Source: a virus. From it: a stretch of DNA of 64,000 nucleotides. Under the pieces are notes generated by a model. That model saw only the letters and a list, made by a program, of their open reading frames with translations, had not been told where the DNA came from and made no database searches. Numbering within the stretch: the first letter of the stretch is position 1; each line of letters starts with the position of its first letter. Positions 1 through 10,502 of the stretch are shown one piece after another. The position numbers and the translations under genes were made by a program. Location of the stretch: positions 32,001 to 96,000 of IMG/VR virus record IMGVR_UViG_3300042503_001836; one strand, given 5' to 3'.

Positions 1-127
1 ATCTTTGTGATATTTGATAATTTGATTGTTTATAACAATAACACACTCATGATTTAATGTCAAGCGTAATCTGGTAAAATACTAAAATATGTTGTATAGT
101 ATTTTAAAATGTTTCTAATGTAAACCA

Positions 128-685
128 GTGCTGAAAATCAAAAAACTGTACCCAGACTCTAAAATCCCTACTCGTGCTTATCCTACAGACAGTGGTTTAG
201 ATTTATACGCTTATTTACCTGATGGTGAGATCAAGTTATTGCCAGTTATTAGCAAGGGTAAAACAATCACAGTAGAGGACATACCAGGTGAAGGTAGATT
301 TGTAGATATTGAGGATAGGGTAATTCAACAGTTCTCAGTCACTATTCCCACAGGCATTGCAATAGAACTACCACAAGCTAGAACAATAGTTTTAGAGTCA
401 GATAATACCCGACGTACTTTAGTTGAAGAAGCTCAAATCCGAGGTAAATCAGGATTAGCAAGTAAGGGAATAGCTGCACATTGGGGGACAGGAGATAATC
501 CTTATGTGGGTGAATTAAAAGTTATTTTAACTAACATTGGGTCGACGGAACCATTTGTTATTTCTCACGGAATGAAAATAGCACAATTAGTAATTCAAAC
601 TGTGATAATTCCGGAATTAAAGATAGTGGAAGAATTAGCAAATACAGATCGTGGTGTAAACGGTTTTGGGAGTACAGGAATATAA
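128..685 (+). CDS. dut: dUTPase (trimeric type)
   Basis: Motifs DSGLDL, IPTG, KSGLA, GDNPYVGE, IAQLV and C-terminal RGVNGFGSTG. Confidence 0.92.
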   Translation: MLKIKKLYPDSKIPTRAYPTDSGLDLYAYLPDGEIKLLPVISKGKTITVEDIPGEGRFVDIEDRVIQQFSVTIPTGIAIELPQARTIVLESDNTRRTLVEEAQIRGKSGLASKGIAAHWGTGDNPYVGELKVILTNIGSTEPFVISHGMKIAQLVIQTVIIPELKIVEELANTDRGVNGFGSTGI

Positions 686-1509
686 TGTTTCAACCAACAG
701 CTAAAGTAATTTGTGATTCCGTCAATGTAATGACAGGTGATCGCTTAACAACTATGATTATCAAATATCATCGGTTTATACATAGCGAAATTTTGGCACA
801 TAGATCACTTTCTCGTAACAGTTCGAGTAGTCGTGCTATACCAATTAATAAACTAATTCAAAACGTAATTGATGACGACGTTTACCCCTTGCATTGGGGT
901 AAAAACCAAAAAGGTATGCAAGCCTTTAAGGAAATATCAGAATCAGACATTGAGCAAGCTAAGAGATTATGGGAAGTAGCAAGGAATAACGCTATAAATT
1001 CAGCAAGACAACTAGCTGATTTAGGAGTTCATAAACAAGTCGTAAACAGAATATTAGAACCATTTAGCACGATCACCGTCATAGTTTCAGGTACAGAATG
1101 GTCTAATTTTTTTAAACAAAGATGTCATCCTGATGCACAACCTGAAATAAGAATTTTAGCTAATGAAATGTATAATGCTTACAATAATAGCAACCCTAGA
1201 GAACTAGCTGTTGGTGCTTGGCATATACCATTAATAGATGACTGTGATGATTTAATTGGGATTAGCCAAGCATTAAAAATATCTGCGGGTAGGTGCGCTA
1301 GAGTTTCTTATTTAAACCATGAAGGTAAAAGAAACATTGAGGACGATATAGCACTACATGATAAATTATTAAGTTCAAACCCTAAGCACTTATCACCATT
1401 TGAACATCAGGCAGTGCAAACAAAATCAGAATATTTTGGTAACTTTAGAGGCTTTAAACAATACCGTAAATTCATAGAAGAAAATGACCAGACATACCTC
1501 AGATATTAA
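685..1509 (+). CDS. thyX: FAD-dependent thymidylate synthase ThyX (phage type)
   Basis: HRSLSRNSSSSRAIP, HKQVVNRILEPF, AQPEIR, RCARVSY and HLSPFEH motifs typical of phage ThyX. Confidence 0.88.
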   Translation: MFQPTAKVICDSVNVMTGDRLTTMIIKYHRFIHSEILAHRSLSRNSSSSRAIPINKLIQNVIDDDVYPLHWGKNQKGMQAFKEISESDIEQAKRLWEVARNNAINSARQLADLGVHKQVVNRILEPFSTITVIVSGTEWSNFFKQRCHPDAQPEIRILANEMYNAYNNSNPRELAVGAWHIPLIDDCDDLIGISQALKISAGRCARVSYLNHEGKRNIEDDIALHDKLLSSNPKHLSPFEHQAVQTKSEYFGNFRGFKQYRKFIEENDQTYLRY

Positions 1510-1798
1510 CAGTCATATCTTCAATATTTCTTATCACCAAATTAGTTTTTATCTACAAGCTAATGGATGGGTACATGAAAAAACGATAGCTGATATAGAT
1601 ATTTACTCACTTGAGTTTGGACAATCAGCTTGTAAAATGCTTTTACCTCATAATGATCAATCTGAAGATTATAAACATAGATTAGCTGATATCTTGTTAA
1701 TTCTTCAAATGACACAATCACCATCTTTAGAAGATATCAGTTGGCAAATTAAAAAATTTTGTACAGACTTTATAACACAGGAACAGACGTATGAATAA
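1484..1798 (+). CDS. hypothetical protein
   Basis: 104-aa ORF overlapping both neighbours in the operon. Confidence 0.6.
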   Translation: MTRHTSDINSHIFNISYHQISFYLQANGWVHEKTIADIDIYSLEFGQSACKMLLPHNDQSEDYKHRLADILLILQMTQSPSLEDISWQIKKFCTDFITQEQTYE

Positions 1799-2453
1799 AG
1801 GTAAGTTTATTGTTTTTGAAGGTGGCGAAGGTTCTGGTAAATCGACGCAACTAGAGCTTTTAGCTAAATATTTAGAATTAAAAAATATTCCTGTTTACAA
1901 AACTAAAGAACCCGGTGGAACACAATTAGGAACTAATTTACGAGAGATACTTTTGAGTGATTCAAATATTAGCAAGATATCAGAACTGCTACTGTATGCA
2001 GCAGATAGAGCTAATCATGTTAATCTAATCCAAGACTGCTTAAATAGTGGTTACTGGGTATTATGTGACAGGTTTACATGGTCAACAATGGCTTATCAGG
2101 GTTACGGTACAGGTCATAGTTTAGAAGATATTGAATATCTAAATGATCTAGCCTGTCAAGGGTTAAAACCAGACTGGACAATACTGCTAGACATTAATCC
2201 TAAAGTTGGACTAGCTAGGAAATATCAGCAAGGCGAAACAAATAAGTTTGAAGCTAAAAGTATAGAATTTCACAGCCGTGTTAGGGACGGTTATAGGCTG
2301 CTGTTTCTCAAAGCATTTAATACAAGCGTGGCTAATATATTTTATTGTCAATCAGCCATTAATCCTGATAGACAAATAAGTATAGATGTACTGCATAACA
2401 CAATAATAGGAAATATACCGTTTGAGTTAGTGGAGTGTGCTAGTTTCAAATAA
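1791..2453 (+). CDS. tmk: thymidylate (dTMP) kinase
   Basis: FIVFEGGEGSGKST P-loop, KEPGGT, LLYAADRA, CDRF..ST.AYQG. Confidence 0.95.
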   Translation: MNKGKFIVFEGGEGSGKSTQLELLAKYLELKNIPVYKTKEPGGTQLGTNLREILLSDSNISKISELLLYAADRANHVNLIQDCLNSGYWVLCDRFTWSTMAYQGYGTGHSLEDIEYLNDLACQGLKPDWTILLDINPKVGLARKYQQGETNKFEAKSIEFHSRVRDGYRLLFLKAFNTSVANIFYCQSAINPDRQISIDVLHNTIIGNIPFELVECASFK

Positions 2454-2455
2454 TT

Positions 2456-2486
2456 AAAAAGCCACCTGACTGTCAAGTGGCTTTTT
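2456..2486. terminator. bidirectional intrinsic terminator
   Basis: AAAAAGCCAC-N11-GTGGCTTTTT hairpin between convergent ORFs. Confidence 0.7.
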
Positions 2487-2490
2487 GTGT

Positions 2491-2685
2491 TTACCTTTTT
2501 GCTTTTAATTTTTTACCAATGTTTTTTCTGTAGTACAAATTAAGACAGTGAGGACAAGTTACTTTTTCAATACTACTAGATAAATAAGGAAAAGCACCTT
2601 TCCTATTGCAGGATAGTTCTTTTGAGTAATGGATATTGATTGTCATTTTTATCTCTGTTTTTTTTTCATTATAATTCAATGTCAA
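2491..2685 (-). CDS. small hypothetical protein with CxxC (probable start at internal ATG 2646)
   Basis: VTCPHC motif; ends at the terminator. Confidence 0.45.
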   Translation of the reverse strand: MTLNYNEKKTEIKMTINIHYSKELSCNRKGAFPYLSSSIEKVTCPHCLNLYYRKNIGKKLKAKR

Positions 2686-2823
2686 GCAAAATATGAATAT
2701 TTATTTTTAGTACAAAAATACTAGCTTGACATATTTGCCTTAAACAGACAATACTGGGAAAACATCCTACACAAAATAATAAAATGTCTCCCCAATCAGT
2801 CAAAATCCTATGGCAGTTAGTGT

Positions 2824-4272
2824 CTAGACTAGAAGCTCAACAGTCACATGACCGTGATCACATACAACACGTTTTACAAGATCCTGAAATAAAATCCGTT
2901 GTTCTTCTACCGTTGCCTGCCTCCAAAGCTGCGGCATAGCTGCATAATGTCTCATTAGTTCATATTTACTATCAAGACCTGTTGATATATTCTCCCGTTT
3001 TAAAGACATCAACAGGTTTTCTAATTTAGTCTGTTTCATCTGAATTGCTTCTTGCAAATCAGGGTCATTAAGTCCTATCAGTTTTTTTATTTGTTGCCTA
3101 ATCTCATCTATTTCCGGCGTTGTTTCCTTTATTTCCTCATGCTGTATAACTTGATTGGCTATTTCATCAGCACGTTGACATAGCGCATTGATAACATAAG
3201 TAATACAATCCTCTATAACTAAGCTATAACTAGCTTTTCTATCACAAGTCGCTAGTTTACCTGGTTCTGGATAAGCATTTTTGCAAAGTAAATAGCTATA
3301 CTTGGTAGTTTCACCTGCCTTAGTTGTGAACTTACTGCTTTGAACACGCATAAAACCACCACAACCAGCACAATATATAAGCCCTATTAACGGGTTTATG
3401 ACGATAGACCTTTTGCGCTTAGTTAGATGTGACTTGTCAAGAATATTACAAATTTCTATATATTTCTCATCTGATAAAATCCGTTCAAACTTATCAGGAA
3501 TAAGCACTCGTTTATTATTATCCTGGTTAAAATAGACTAGGAAACCTCGGAGCATGGGATGTAATAACCACTTCCTAAACCCGCCATGACTATGGGGATG
3601 ATCGGGTATTAATTTTGATTTACTAAATTCAAAACCGTACAGCATATTAAACTTTTTAACAGTACCACTCAATGACCTAGACTGACAGAAATAATCAATC
3701 ATATCTATGGCTACTTGATAATAACTTCTGTTAGATTCTTTATATAAATCATGGTTTATAATCAAAGTGTCATCTACTTTTTTATAACCAAACAAAGCCT
3801 GAAAGACTTTTTCCTGCGCTCTAAAATATTTGACACCTTCCCTAGAATTGTGGATAATCAAATCACGTTCTCTTTCAGCTAAGGCTGATTTTAGTCGTAA
3901 ATTAAACAGGTCATCTGGTTTATCTAATCCAAGTTGGCCACCATCAAGGAAAACAAGAATAACTCCAGTATTTTTTAGTTCCTCCAGTTCTTGCTCAAAA
4001 TGTAGCGATGATCGCGTAAACCTTGAAAAGTAGGGGATAACTAATTTTTTAATTTTCCCAGCCTTGATTAAAGTCAAAACCTTCCGATAATTAACGCGGC
4101 TATCTGAAGCACCACTATCAATATCCCAATAGATTTGGTCATCAGTTAACCCATAATTCCGTAAAGCCTCAATATATCTTTCCAGTCCGTGACCTTCTAA
4201 TTGTTGCCGTTGAGTAGAGACACGGCAGTACCCGACACTATACTTTAAATCCTTATCCTGCATAACTTTCAC
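2824..4272 (-). CDS. large serine recombinase / integrase (XisF-like)
   Basis: N-terminal YCRVSTQRQ catalytic Ser motif, DIDSG, SRFTRS; recombinase domain; Zn ribbon (CAGCG...LLC...TC); coiled coil. Confidence 0.92.
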   Translation of the reverse strand: MKVMQDKDLKYSVGYCRVSTQRQQLEGHGLERYIEALRNYGLTDDQIYWDIDSGASDSRVNYRKVLTLIKAGKIKKLVIPYFSRFTRSSLHFEQELEELKNTGVILVFLDGGQLGLDKPDDLFNLRLKSALAERERDLIIHNSREGVKYFRAQEKVFQALFGYKKVDDTLIINHDLYKESNRSYYQVAIDMIDYFCQSRSLSGTVKKFNMLYGFEFSKSKLIPDHPHSHGGFRKWLLHPMLRGFLVYFNQDNNKRVLIPDKFERILSDEKYIEICNILDKSHLTKRKRSIVINPLIGLIYCAGCGGFMRVQSSKFTTKAGETTKYSYLLCKNAYPEPGKLATCDRKASYSLVIEDCITYVINALCQRADEIANQVIQHEEIKETTPEIDEIRQQIKKLIGLNDPDLQEAIQMKQTKLENLLMSLKRENISTGLDSKYELMRHYAAMPQLWRQATVEEQRILFQDLVKRVVCDHGHVTVELLV

Positions 4273-4299
4273 CTTTGCTTAGTTAGTTACTTTATTATA

Positions 4300-4341
4300 T
4301 GCCTAATTGTTACTATACTCTACCCTGGAATCAATTAGGCA
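4300..4341. other. candidate attP site for the serine integrase
   Basis: Perfect 10-bp inverted repeat TGCCTAATTG/CAATTAGGCA around a 22-bp core, directly upstream of the integrase. Confidence 0.5.
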
Positions 4342-4405
4342 GAAAATAAAAAACACTAAACCGTTGAAACGAAAACACAAAATAGACAAAATAAGGTAAA
4401 ATACA

Positions 4406-5299
4406 ATGACTACGATCACACAACCTAACTTAGACCATCTTTATAGAATGTTATCCTCAGACTCAAACAGAGAAACTGAATTTGGTGAACTGTTAATCAA
4501 AATAATAAAGAACCCGGTTATCCCAGTTCTTAGGGAACATCTGTTTCATCCCAGTCCAACACCAAATAAACCAGGACAAAAACAACGACTGCAAACAAGT
4601 CGTTTACCCCAAGAAGTATATGCAAAGGTAAGGGAAGAGTGGACTAAAACAAGCAAGGAACGCAACCTTTACCCTGATTCTCACGGACTATCCTATGATA
4701 TGTTCATGAAAATGCTGCGTGACTTATATGGATGTCAGGATGTGCGTGATCCTGAAATGCCTATAACACGGGAAGCTGTAAATCATTTAGTTCATACTGG
4801 AAATCCCTGGACTAAATCAAAATCGGCAGTCACAGTCCAGGATTACAACTTGCAGTTTATCTGCTGTTTTACTCAGACATATACGTTTGATGAGTTAAAG
4901 GAAGTAGGTGAGCGAGTTTTAAAAGAGTATTACAGAATAAAACACTCAGCAACAAAGCCAGGTACTAGCGAACCTATTAGACTGAATTTAGATTTTACTC
5001 CGCCAAAAGCACCAAATCCTGAGACTATTTATTTAAGCCACAGAGGCGAATTGACCAATGATGAAAAGAAAGCTAATAACCTTAGAAGCTTGTTGTGGAA
5101 TACCCTAATTGAGCGTGGCAAGGATTATTTCTTAAGATCCGGTATTTCCGCAGAAGAACTACTCTCTGTCATTACAGAAGAAAATCCATATGTGCGGATG
5201 ACTACTTTTCAAAGCTTGGCTCTATTATTAGATTTATCCTTAGACGAAGTAGTGAAACGACTTGCTAAGGATACTGATAATTTAGACGCTGGTTTCTGA
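4406..5299 (+). CDS. hypothetical protein with C-terminal XRE-like HTH, possible repressor
   Basis: Divergent from integrase; C-terminal SGISAEELLSV...TFQSLALLLDLSLDEV resembles an XRE HTH. Confidence 0.5.
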   Translation: MTTITQPNLDHLYRMLSSDSNRETEFGELLIKIIKNPVIPVLREHLFHPSPTPNKPGQKQRLQTSRLPQEVYAKVREEWTKTSKERNLYPDSHGLSYDMFMKMLRDLYGCQDVRDPEMPITREAVNHLVHTGNPWTKSKSAVTVQDYNLQFICCFTQTYTFDELKEVGERVLKEYYRIKHSATKPGTSEPIRLNLDFTPPKAPNPETIYLSHRGELTNDEKKANNLRSLLWNTLIERGKDYFLRSGISAEELLSVITEENPYVRMTTFQSLALLLDLSLDEVVKRLAKDTDNLDAGF

Positions 5300-5539
5300 C
5301 TTTTCATCCCTGATAATCCAGGGATGATTATCTAAAACATATTGCCATGTTTTTTTAAGTTCAGGACTCAATGATTCAAACGGATCATTGAGTTTTTCTT
5401 TGTCTTTTAGTGTTACCTCAGTTTGTTGTTCTGTGATTGGTTTTGACGAAGGCATAGTCAGCAAAAAAATAAATATTTCTAATGTATATTCTACTTTATA
5501 TTTTATGCTCATGCAACAAAATAAAAAACAAGTTAACAC
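5282..5539 (-). CDS. small hypothetical protein (likely start ATG 5455)
   Basis: ORF track; the upstream part looks non-coding. Confidence 0.4.
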   Translation of the reverse strand: MLTCFLFCCMSIKYKVEYTLEIFIFLLTMPSSKPITEQQTEVTLKDKEKLNDPFESLSPELKKTWQYVLDNHPWIIRDEKSETSV

Positions 5540-5768
5540 ATATTAATCATACTTTTAGTAGATGACTAAAGTCCCTTTTTATGTAATGACAATAATTACA
5601 TTTGTAATATGTAGTAGCATTATATATACTATAAGTAATAATAGATAGATTGTCTGATTACAATATTTCTAAGGGTAAATGTAAGAATTAGACGTTTAGG
5701 CTATCTAGGCATAAAACACAAAAAAGTGTTTTAATAGTAAATGTAAAATATTTTAAACTATCCGTAGT

Positions 5769-8700
5769 ATGCCAGTAGTTAAATTTTCTCTGAATCAGTA
5801 TCGTGCTTACTTTGACTTAGTTAAGCCTCAATATATTAGCTGGGATTTCTATAAAAAATATATAGACAGAAAACCGCCATTTGGCGAGTTAGGTGCAATT
5901 ATATATTTGAGAACTTACAGCCGATTTATTAATGAACTAAAACGCCGTGAACTATGGCAAGAAACCGTATTAAGAAACATTGAGTACAGCCTAAGCTTAG
6001 ACACTGTAACCCCATTAGAGGACAAATTTACAGAAGCTAAAGCGTTATTTGATATGATGTTTAACTTGCAGGGTTTTCCTGCGGGTAGAAGTCTATGGAC
6101 AGCAGGATCACCACAAACTGAAAAAGATTCATCCAGTAATTGGAACTGTACATTTAAGACTGTAGACAGTTTAAGCGCGTTTAGTGAGATTTTTTATTGG
6201 TTGTTAATTGGTGCTGGTACTGGTTTTAGTGTTGAGCAAAAATATATTTCTCAACTACCAGAATTTAATGCAAAAGTCCATGTGATTCATGAAGACTACA
6301 ACTATCAAAAGAGACTTGATGGTACTTTTGTTAATATCACAGATTCAGAAAGTAGTCCGCAGTTCCTAACAACTTACACCGATTTTGTAGAGACTTCAGA
6401 AATAATTAGACCTGACAATGAGTTTGTTAGACATCTAGATGATAACCACAAGATAGTTAGATTACAAATTGGCGATAGTAAAGAAGATTGGTGTAATGCT
6501 TTGAGAATATTTTTAAAAGCATTGACTAATAAAAATGTAGAGAAAATCTACATTAATTATGATCCTATACGTCCGCAGGGAACGCCTATCAAAACTTTTG
6601 GCGGACGTGCTAGTGGGCATAGAACATTATTAGAAATGTTTGATAATATTTCATATGTTCTTCAAAGATGTTCAGGTGTTTTAGCCTCTATTGACTGCTT
6701 AGATATCATAAATGCTTTAGGTTATAACGTAATGGCAGGTGGTGTACGTCGCTGCTTACCTAAAGGTACATTAGTTCATCTTCAAAATGGACTAGTACCA
6801 ATTGAAAAAGTCAAAGTGGGTGACATAGTAGCAACATCAAAAGGCTATCATCAGGTGACTGACTTTGTTTATCAAGGTATTCAACCAATATCCCAAATTA
6901 CAACGCAAGCGGGCATTTTTGAATGTACAGATAAACACAAAATAGCGATCATTTCTGACACTCAAGGTAACTATATCTGGAAGCAAGCTAAGGATATACA
7001 AATTGGTGACAGAATGGTATTTGTTAAAAATACTATTCCAGGTACAGAAACTAAACTTCCAGAATTTGACTACATTTATCCTGAACATAGTACAACCTGC
7101 AAAGCAATAACCATACCGGATATGAGTGATGATATCGCCTATTTGCTAGGTTTCTTACACGGAAATGGTTATGTTAGACTAACATCTTCAGAAGGAAATA
7201 TCAGCTTTGCAATAGCTCCTGATTTACCACAAATAGTAGAAAAAATTGACAGTATTATTAAGCAGTTCGGTGTTCATACAAAATTACGTGAACCCCAAGA
7301 AAATGATAACTGCTATAAGCTAGTAATTAAGTCAAAACAATTAGCTACTTTTTTAAGTCAGTTTAAGTTATCTAATCAAACTTTAGTTATTCCCGATCTA
7401 ATTCTTCAGGGTCTTGATTCTTATAGAGCAGCATACACGGCAGGCGTATTTGATGCCGACGGTTCAGTTAAAAACAGACCTATTACTGTTGCCACAAGTG
7501 TTTATCCTGAATTTTTGAAACAGTTGCAAGTAGTTTTATCAAGTTTAGGCATCTTAACTACTTTAAATAAAAAAAGAGATGCTAAAGGCAATTGGAAAGC
7601 ACTTCACATACTTAATCTGAAAGGGGAAATGTTTATTGATAGATTTGAAAGACAAGTAGCATCATTTTCACTTAAGTTTAGAGACAATAGAAAATCTGCA
7701 AGATCACAAAATGATTTTGGTTTTCCGTCCAGGATGGTCACTTCTGATAAAGTTAAGTTTGGCAGTCAATGGGATGCTAAATGTAAACAGATGACTGTAG
7801 CTAGACTTGAGAAAATCACAGGCATTGAGGTTTATAGAGTCCCTGTAGAAGTGTTAAGTATCAATCACGCGGTAAGAAATGATTACACTTACGATATCAG
7901 TGTGGATTCAGTAAATGAGTTTATTGCTGATACTGGTTATTTAGTACATAACACTGCTGAACTGGCTCTAGGCGATAGTTCAGATGAATCCTTTAAGACC
8001 GCAAAAGTAGGACTGTTTAGTGATCCAGCTAAAGCAAGAGTTAAGGATCTAAGAACAATGTCTAATAACTCTACAGGCGAATATGATCATCCTGGAGTAG
8101 ATGCAATTAATAAGACATTTGAATGTTTAGAAACTCAAGGTGACCCAGGTTTTTGGATTATTGGAAATAGTCAGAAATTAGCAACATCACCCGTTAAAGG
8201 CACGAATCCATGTGCTGAAGCGGCTTTAGACGACAAACAATCATGCAACTTAACGACTAAGAACGTTAGGGCTTGCATATACTTTGATAAAAAGTCTGGC
8301 AAGTGGGAGTATAACTGGGAACTAGGGAAAAAAGTCATTGAACTAATTACCCGACTAGGAACTCGGATCACACTAGCTAAACAATGGCATCCAGAATGGG
8401 ACAGAACACAGAAGAGAGATCGTTTGCTTGGAGTTTCTATGACAGGCGTAATGGATGCCTTTGATCTACTTGGTTGGGATTATGAGCAGCAAAAGTATTT
8501 CTTCCAATGGTGTAAGCAAACAGCGATAAAAGCCTCAGACGATTACCACGACTATTTAGGAATTAACAGAAGTGCTAGAGTCTGTTTAATGAAACCAGAA
8601 GGAACAATCAGCCTACTACCAACCGTTTCTAGTGGTATCCATCGCGCTTATGCTCCTTACTATTTACGTCGCGTTAGATTTAGTAAATCAGATCCTTTAG

Positions 8701-9209
8701 CACAAGTATTATTAGACTTGGGTCTTAAACCTGTACCGCAAAATGGGCAAGGCGACGATTTATTCAGTGATATTTGTAATACTTGGGTCTTTACATTTCC
8801 TATCAAGACTAATGCTAAAACTCGCGCAATTGATGAGCCAGTTACAGAACAATTAGAACGCTATAGACTAGCACAAACTAACTATGCTGATAGGGGCCAT
8901 AACATTTCAATAACTGTAACTGTTGCGCCAGATGAATATAAAACAGCCGCAAATTGGGTAAATGATAATTGGGATGACATTATTGGAATTGCTTTTTTAC
9001 CTAGATTTGATCCGGTTGAAGGTGGTAAAGCAGCTTATCCTTTGATGCCCCTAGAACCGTGTGACAAGGAAACTTATGAAGCTTTGAAAGCACAATTACC
9101 TGTACTTTCTCAAACAGATATTATCAATAAATTATCTGAGATTGAGAAAGGATTTGAGGAACAGGAATTAGATCAAGGATGTGTTACAGGTGCGTGTCCT
9201 ATTCGCTAG
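5769..9209 (+). CDS. nrdJ: class II (B12-dependent) ribonucleotide reductase, intein-containing
   Basis: YLRTYSR, PAGR.LW, NCTF, GAGTGFS, TFGGRASG, GGVRR, TNPCAE, KPEGT, C-terminal CVTGACPIR. Confidence 0.93.
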   Translation: MPVVKFSLNQYRAYFDLVKPQYISWDFYKKYIDRKPPFGELGAIIYLRTYSRFINELKRRELWQETVLRNIEYSLSLDTVTPLEDKFTEAKALFDMMFNLQGFPAGRSLWTAGSPQTEKDSSSNWNCTFKTVDSLSAFSEIFYWLLIGAGTGFSVEQKYISQLPEFNAKVHVIHEDYNYQKRLDGTFVNITDSESSPQFLTTYTDFVETSEIIRPDNEFVRHLDDNHKIVRLQIGDSKEDWCNALRIFLKALTNKNVEKIYINYDPIRPQGTPIKTFGGRASGHRTLLEMFDNISYVLQRCSGVLASIDCLDIINALGYNVMAGGVRRCLPKGTLVHLQNGLVPIEKVKVGDIVATSKGYHQVTDFVYQGIQPISQITTQAGIFECTDKHKIAIISDTQGNYIWKQAKDIQIGDRMVFVKNTIPGTETKLPEFDYIYPEHSTTCKAITIPDMSDDIAYLLGFLHGNGYVRLTSSEGNISFAIAPDLPQIVEKIDSIIKQFGVHTKLREPQENDNCYKLVIKSKQLATFLSQFKLSNQTLVIPDLILQGLDSYRAAYTAGVFDADGSVKNRPITVATSVYPEFLKQLQVVLSSLGILTTLNKKRDAKGNWKALHILNLKGEMFIDRFERQVASFSLKFRDNRKSARSQNDFGFPSRMVTSDKVKFGSQWDAKCKQMTVARLEKITGIEVYRVPVEVLSINHAVRNDYTYDISVDSVNEFIADTGYLVHNTAELALGDSSDESFKTAKVGLFSDPAKARVKDLRTMSNNSTGEYDHPGVDAINKTFECLETQGDPGFWIIGNSQKLATSPVKGTNPCAEAALDDKQSCNLTTKNVRACIYFDKKSGKWEYNWELGKKVIELITRLGTRITLAKQWHPEWDRTQKRDRLLGVSMTGVMDAFDLLGWDYEQQKYFFQWCKQTAIKASDDYHDYLGINRSARVCLMKPEGTISLLPTVSSGIHRAYAPYYLRRVRFSKSDPLAQVLLDLGLKPVPQNGQGDDLFSDICNTWVFTFPIKTNAKTRAIDEPVTEQLERYRLAQTNYADRGHNISITVTVAPDEYKTAANWVNDNWDDIIGIAFLPRFDPVEGGKAAYPLMPLEPCDKETYEALKAQLPVLSQTDIINKLSEIEKGFEEQELDQGCVTGACPIR
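6753..7952 (+). mobile_element. 400-aa intein with LAGLIDADG homing endonuclease in nrdJ
   Basis: GGVRR|CLPKGT start, YLVHN|T end; LAGLIDADG blocks YLLGFLHGNG and YTAGVFDADG. Confidence 0.93.
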
Positions 9210-9350
9210 TTTCACACTAGAACAATTAATAGAGGTAGCTGATTTTTATGGATTAAAGCTACCTTTAATCTATTACAAAAGTCGAGTACAGCTAACAAAA
9301 GAAATACTTGACTTTGTACCAACATTTAACTACTACCAATAGACAAGACT

Positions 9351-9647
9351 ATGGGATATAAACCTCACGTTGAGCCAATACCAGAAAATTATTTTATTCC
9401 TGGCGATGTAGTTTATGACTGCGCTCTAAACTATTACGAAATAAGAAGTTATCCCCTTTGCAGACTTTACTTTGATCCTAACCCTAATGCTAAATTTCCA
9501 ATACAACCTAACGCTTTTGAAGGCATCACACCGGAAGAAAGAAAAGCAGGAAGGAAAGCAAATCATCTAAGTTATTTAGCTGTATTACGTGGGTACAATA
9601 GGGAGCATTTAGTAACAGATACTAGTTTTAAAAAAGTAGTTAATTAA
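9351..9647 (+). CDS. hypothetical protein
   Basis: 98-aa ORF followed by a terminator. Confidence 0.6.
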   Translation: MGYKPHVEPIPENYFIPGDVVYDCALNYYEIRSYPLCRLYFDPNPNAKFPIQPNAFEGITPEERKAGRKANHLSYLAVLRGYNREHLVTDTSFKKVVN

Positions 9648-9651
9648 ACAT

Positions 9652-9688
9652 AAAAAAGACTTATCTTGTTAATAGGATAAGTCTTTTT
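9652..9688. terminator. bidirectional intrinsic terminator
   Basis: AAAAAGACTTATC...GATAAGTCTTTTT hairpin between convergent genes. Confidence 0.7.
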
Positions 9689-9709
9689 GTTTATTTAGTT
9701 TTTGTTAGA

Positions 9710-10183
9710 TTAAAACCCTAAGCTATAGCCAGCGTCAGCATACGCTTGGATTTCCACGTCAAAACTATCTAGTTTATGTGGTGGTTTTACAGGTGTAGGT
9801 TCACCTGCTAGATATTCCCCATCAAAATAGAAGATGGGAATATCTTTTTGCTTACAAAATTCAATTTCTGCTTTTGTGCTATTACCTATGTATCCAGATT
9901 TGTCTGATACTACTACGATCACATCAGACATTAATATTTTCTTGTAATGCAATGTTTTGATTTTCTCATAGACTTCCCCGGTGTTTCCTTCTCTATCTTT
10001 ATGATAAGAGTGTCCCCAGCTACCGCACATTAATACTATCCAACCATCAAATGTAAGACGACGGTTGATTTCCATGCACTCAGTAAAGAACTTTGTACTA
10101 CCACACAAAGTTACTATACCGTTGCCCAATTGAAAAAAATTATAAGCGGAGTACAGTTCAAACTCTTGTTCTTGATATGTCAT
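9710..10183 (-). CDS. nucleoside 2-deoxyribosyltransferase-like / Rossmann-like phage protein
   Basis: VTLCGSTKF...LHYKKILMSDVIVV...GYIGNSTKAEIEF pattern; probable start MTYQEQ. Confidence 0.55.
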   Translation of the reverse strand: MTYQEQEFELYSAYNFFQLGNGIVTLCGSTKFFTECMEINRRLTFDGWIVLMCGSWGHSYHKDREGNTGEVYEKIKTLHYKKILMSDVIVVVSDKSGYIGNSTKAEIEFCKQKDIPIFYFDGEYLAGEPTPVKPPHKLDSFDVEIQAYADAGYSLGF

Positions 10184-10502
10184 TGGTTTACCTTTGTTGT
10201 TGAGATGTTGTCTATCTACCACTACCACGTTCGTCTTCAATCTTTAGCATATCCCCATCCTCATTAAAAATACTAGTCTGACTGTTATCAAAGCAGTTGC
10301 TACTATGAGCAACAGTAAAGTATTCAGCAGTAATTTTGTACTGCTAGAGCTTGTTTGTTCCATCTGTGTTTTATTGTTTTGATTAAAAATAAGATAACAC
10401 AAAATAAAATAATGTCAAACAGAAAATTATTAAGAAATGTTAAGACTTTATTTTTTGAGAAAACTAAGCTAGTATTAACGTACCTTAAACAAACTAAGAC
10501 CT

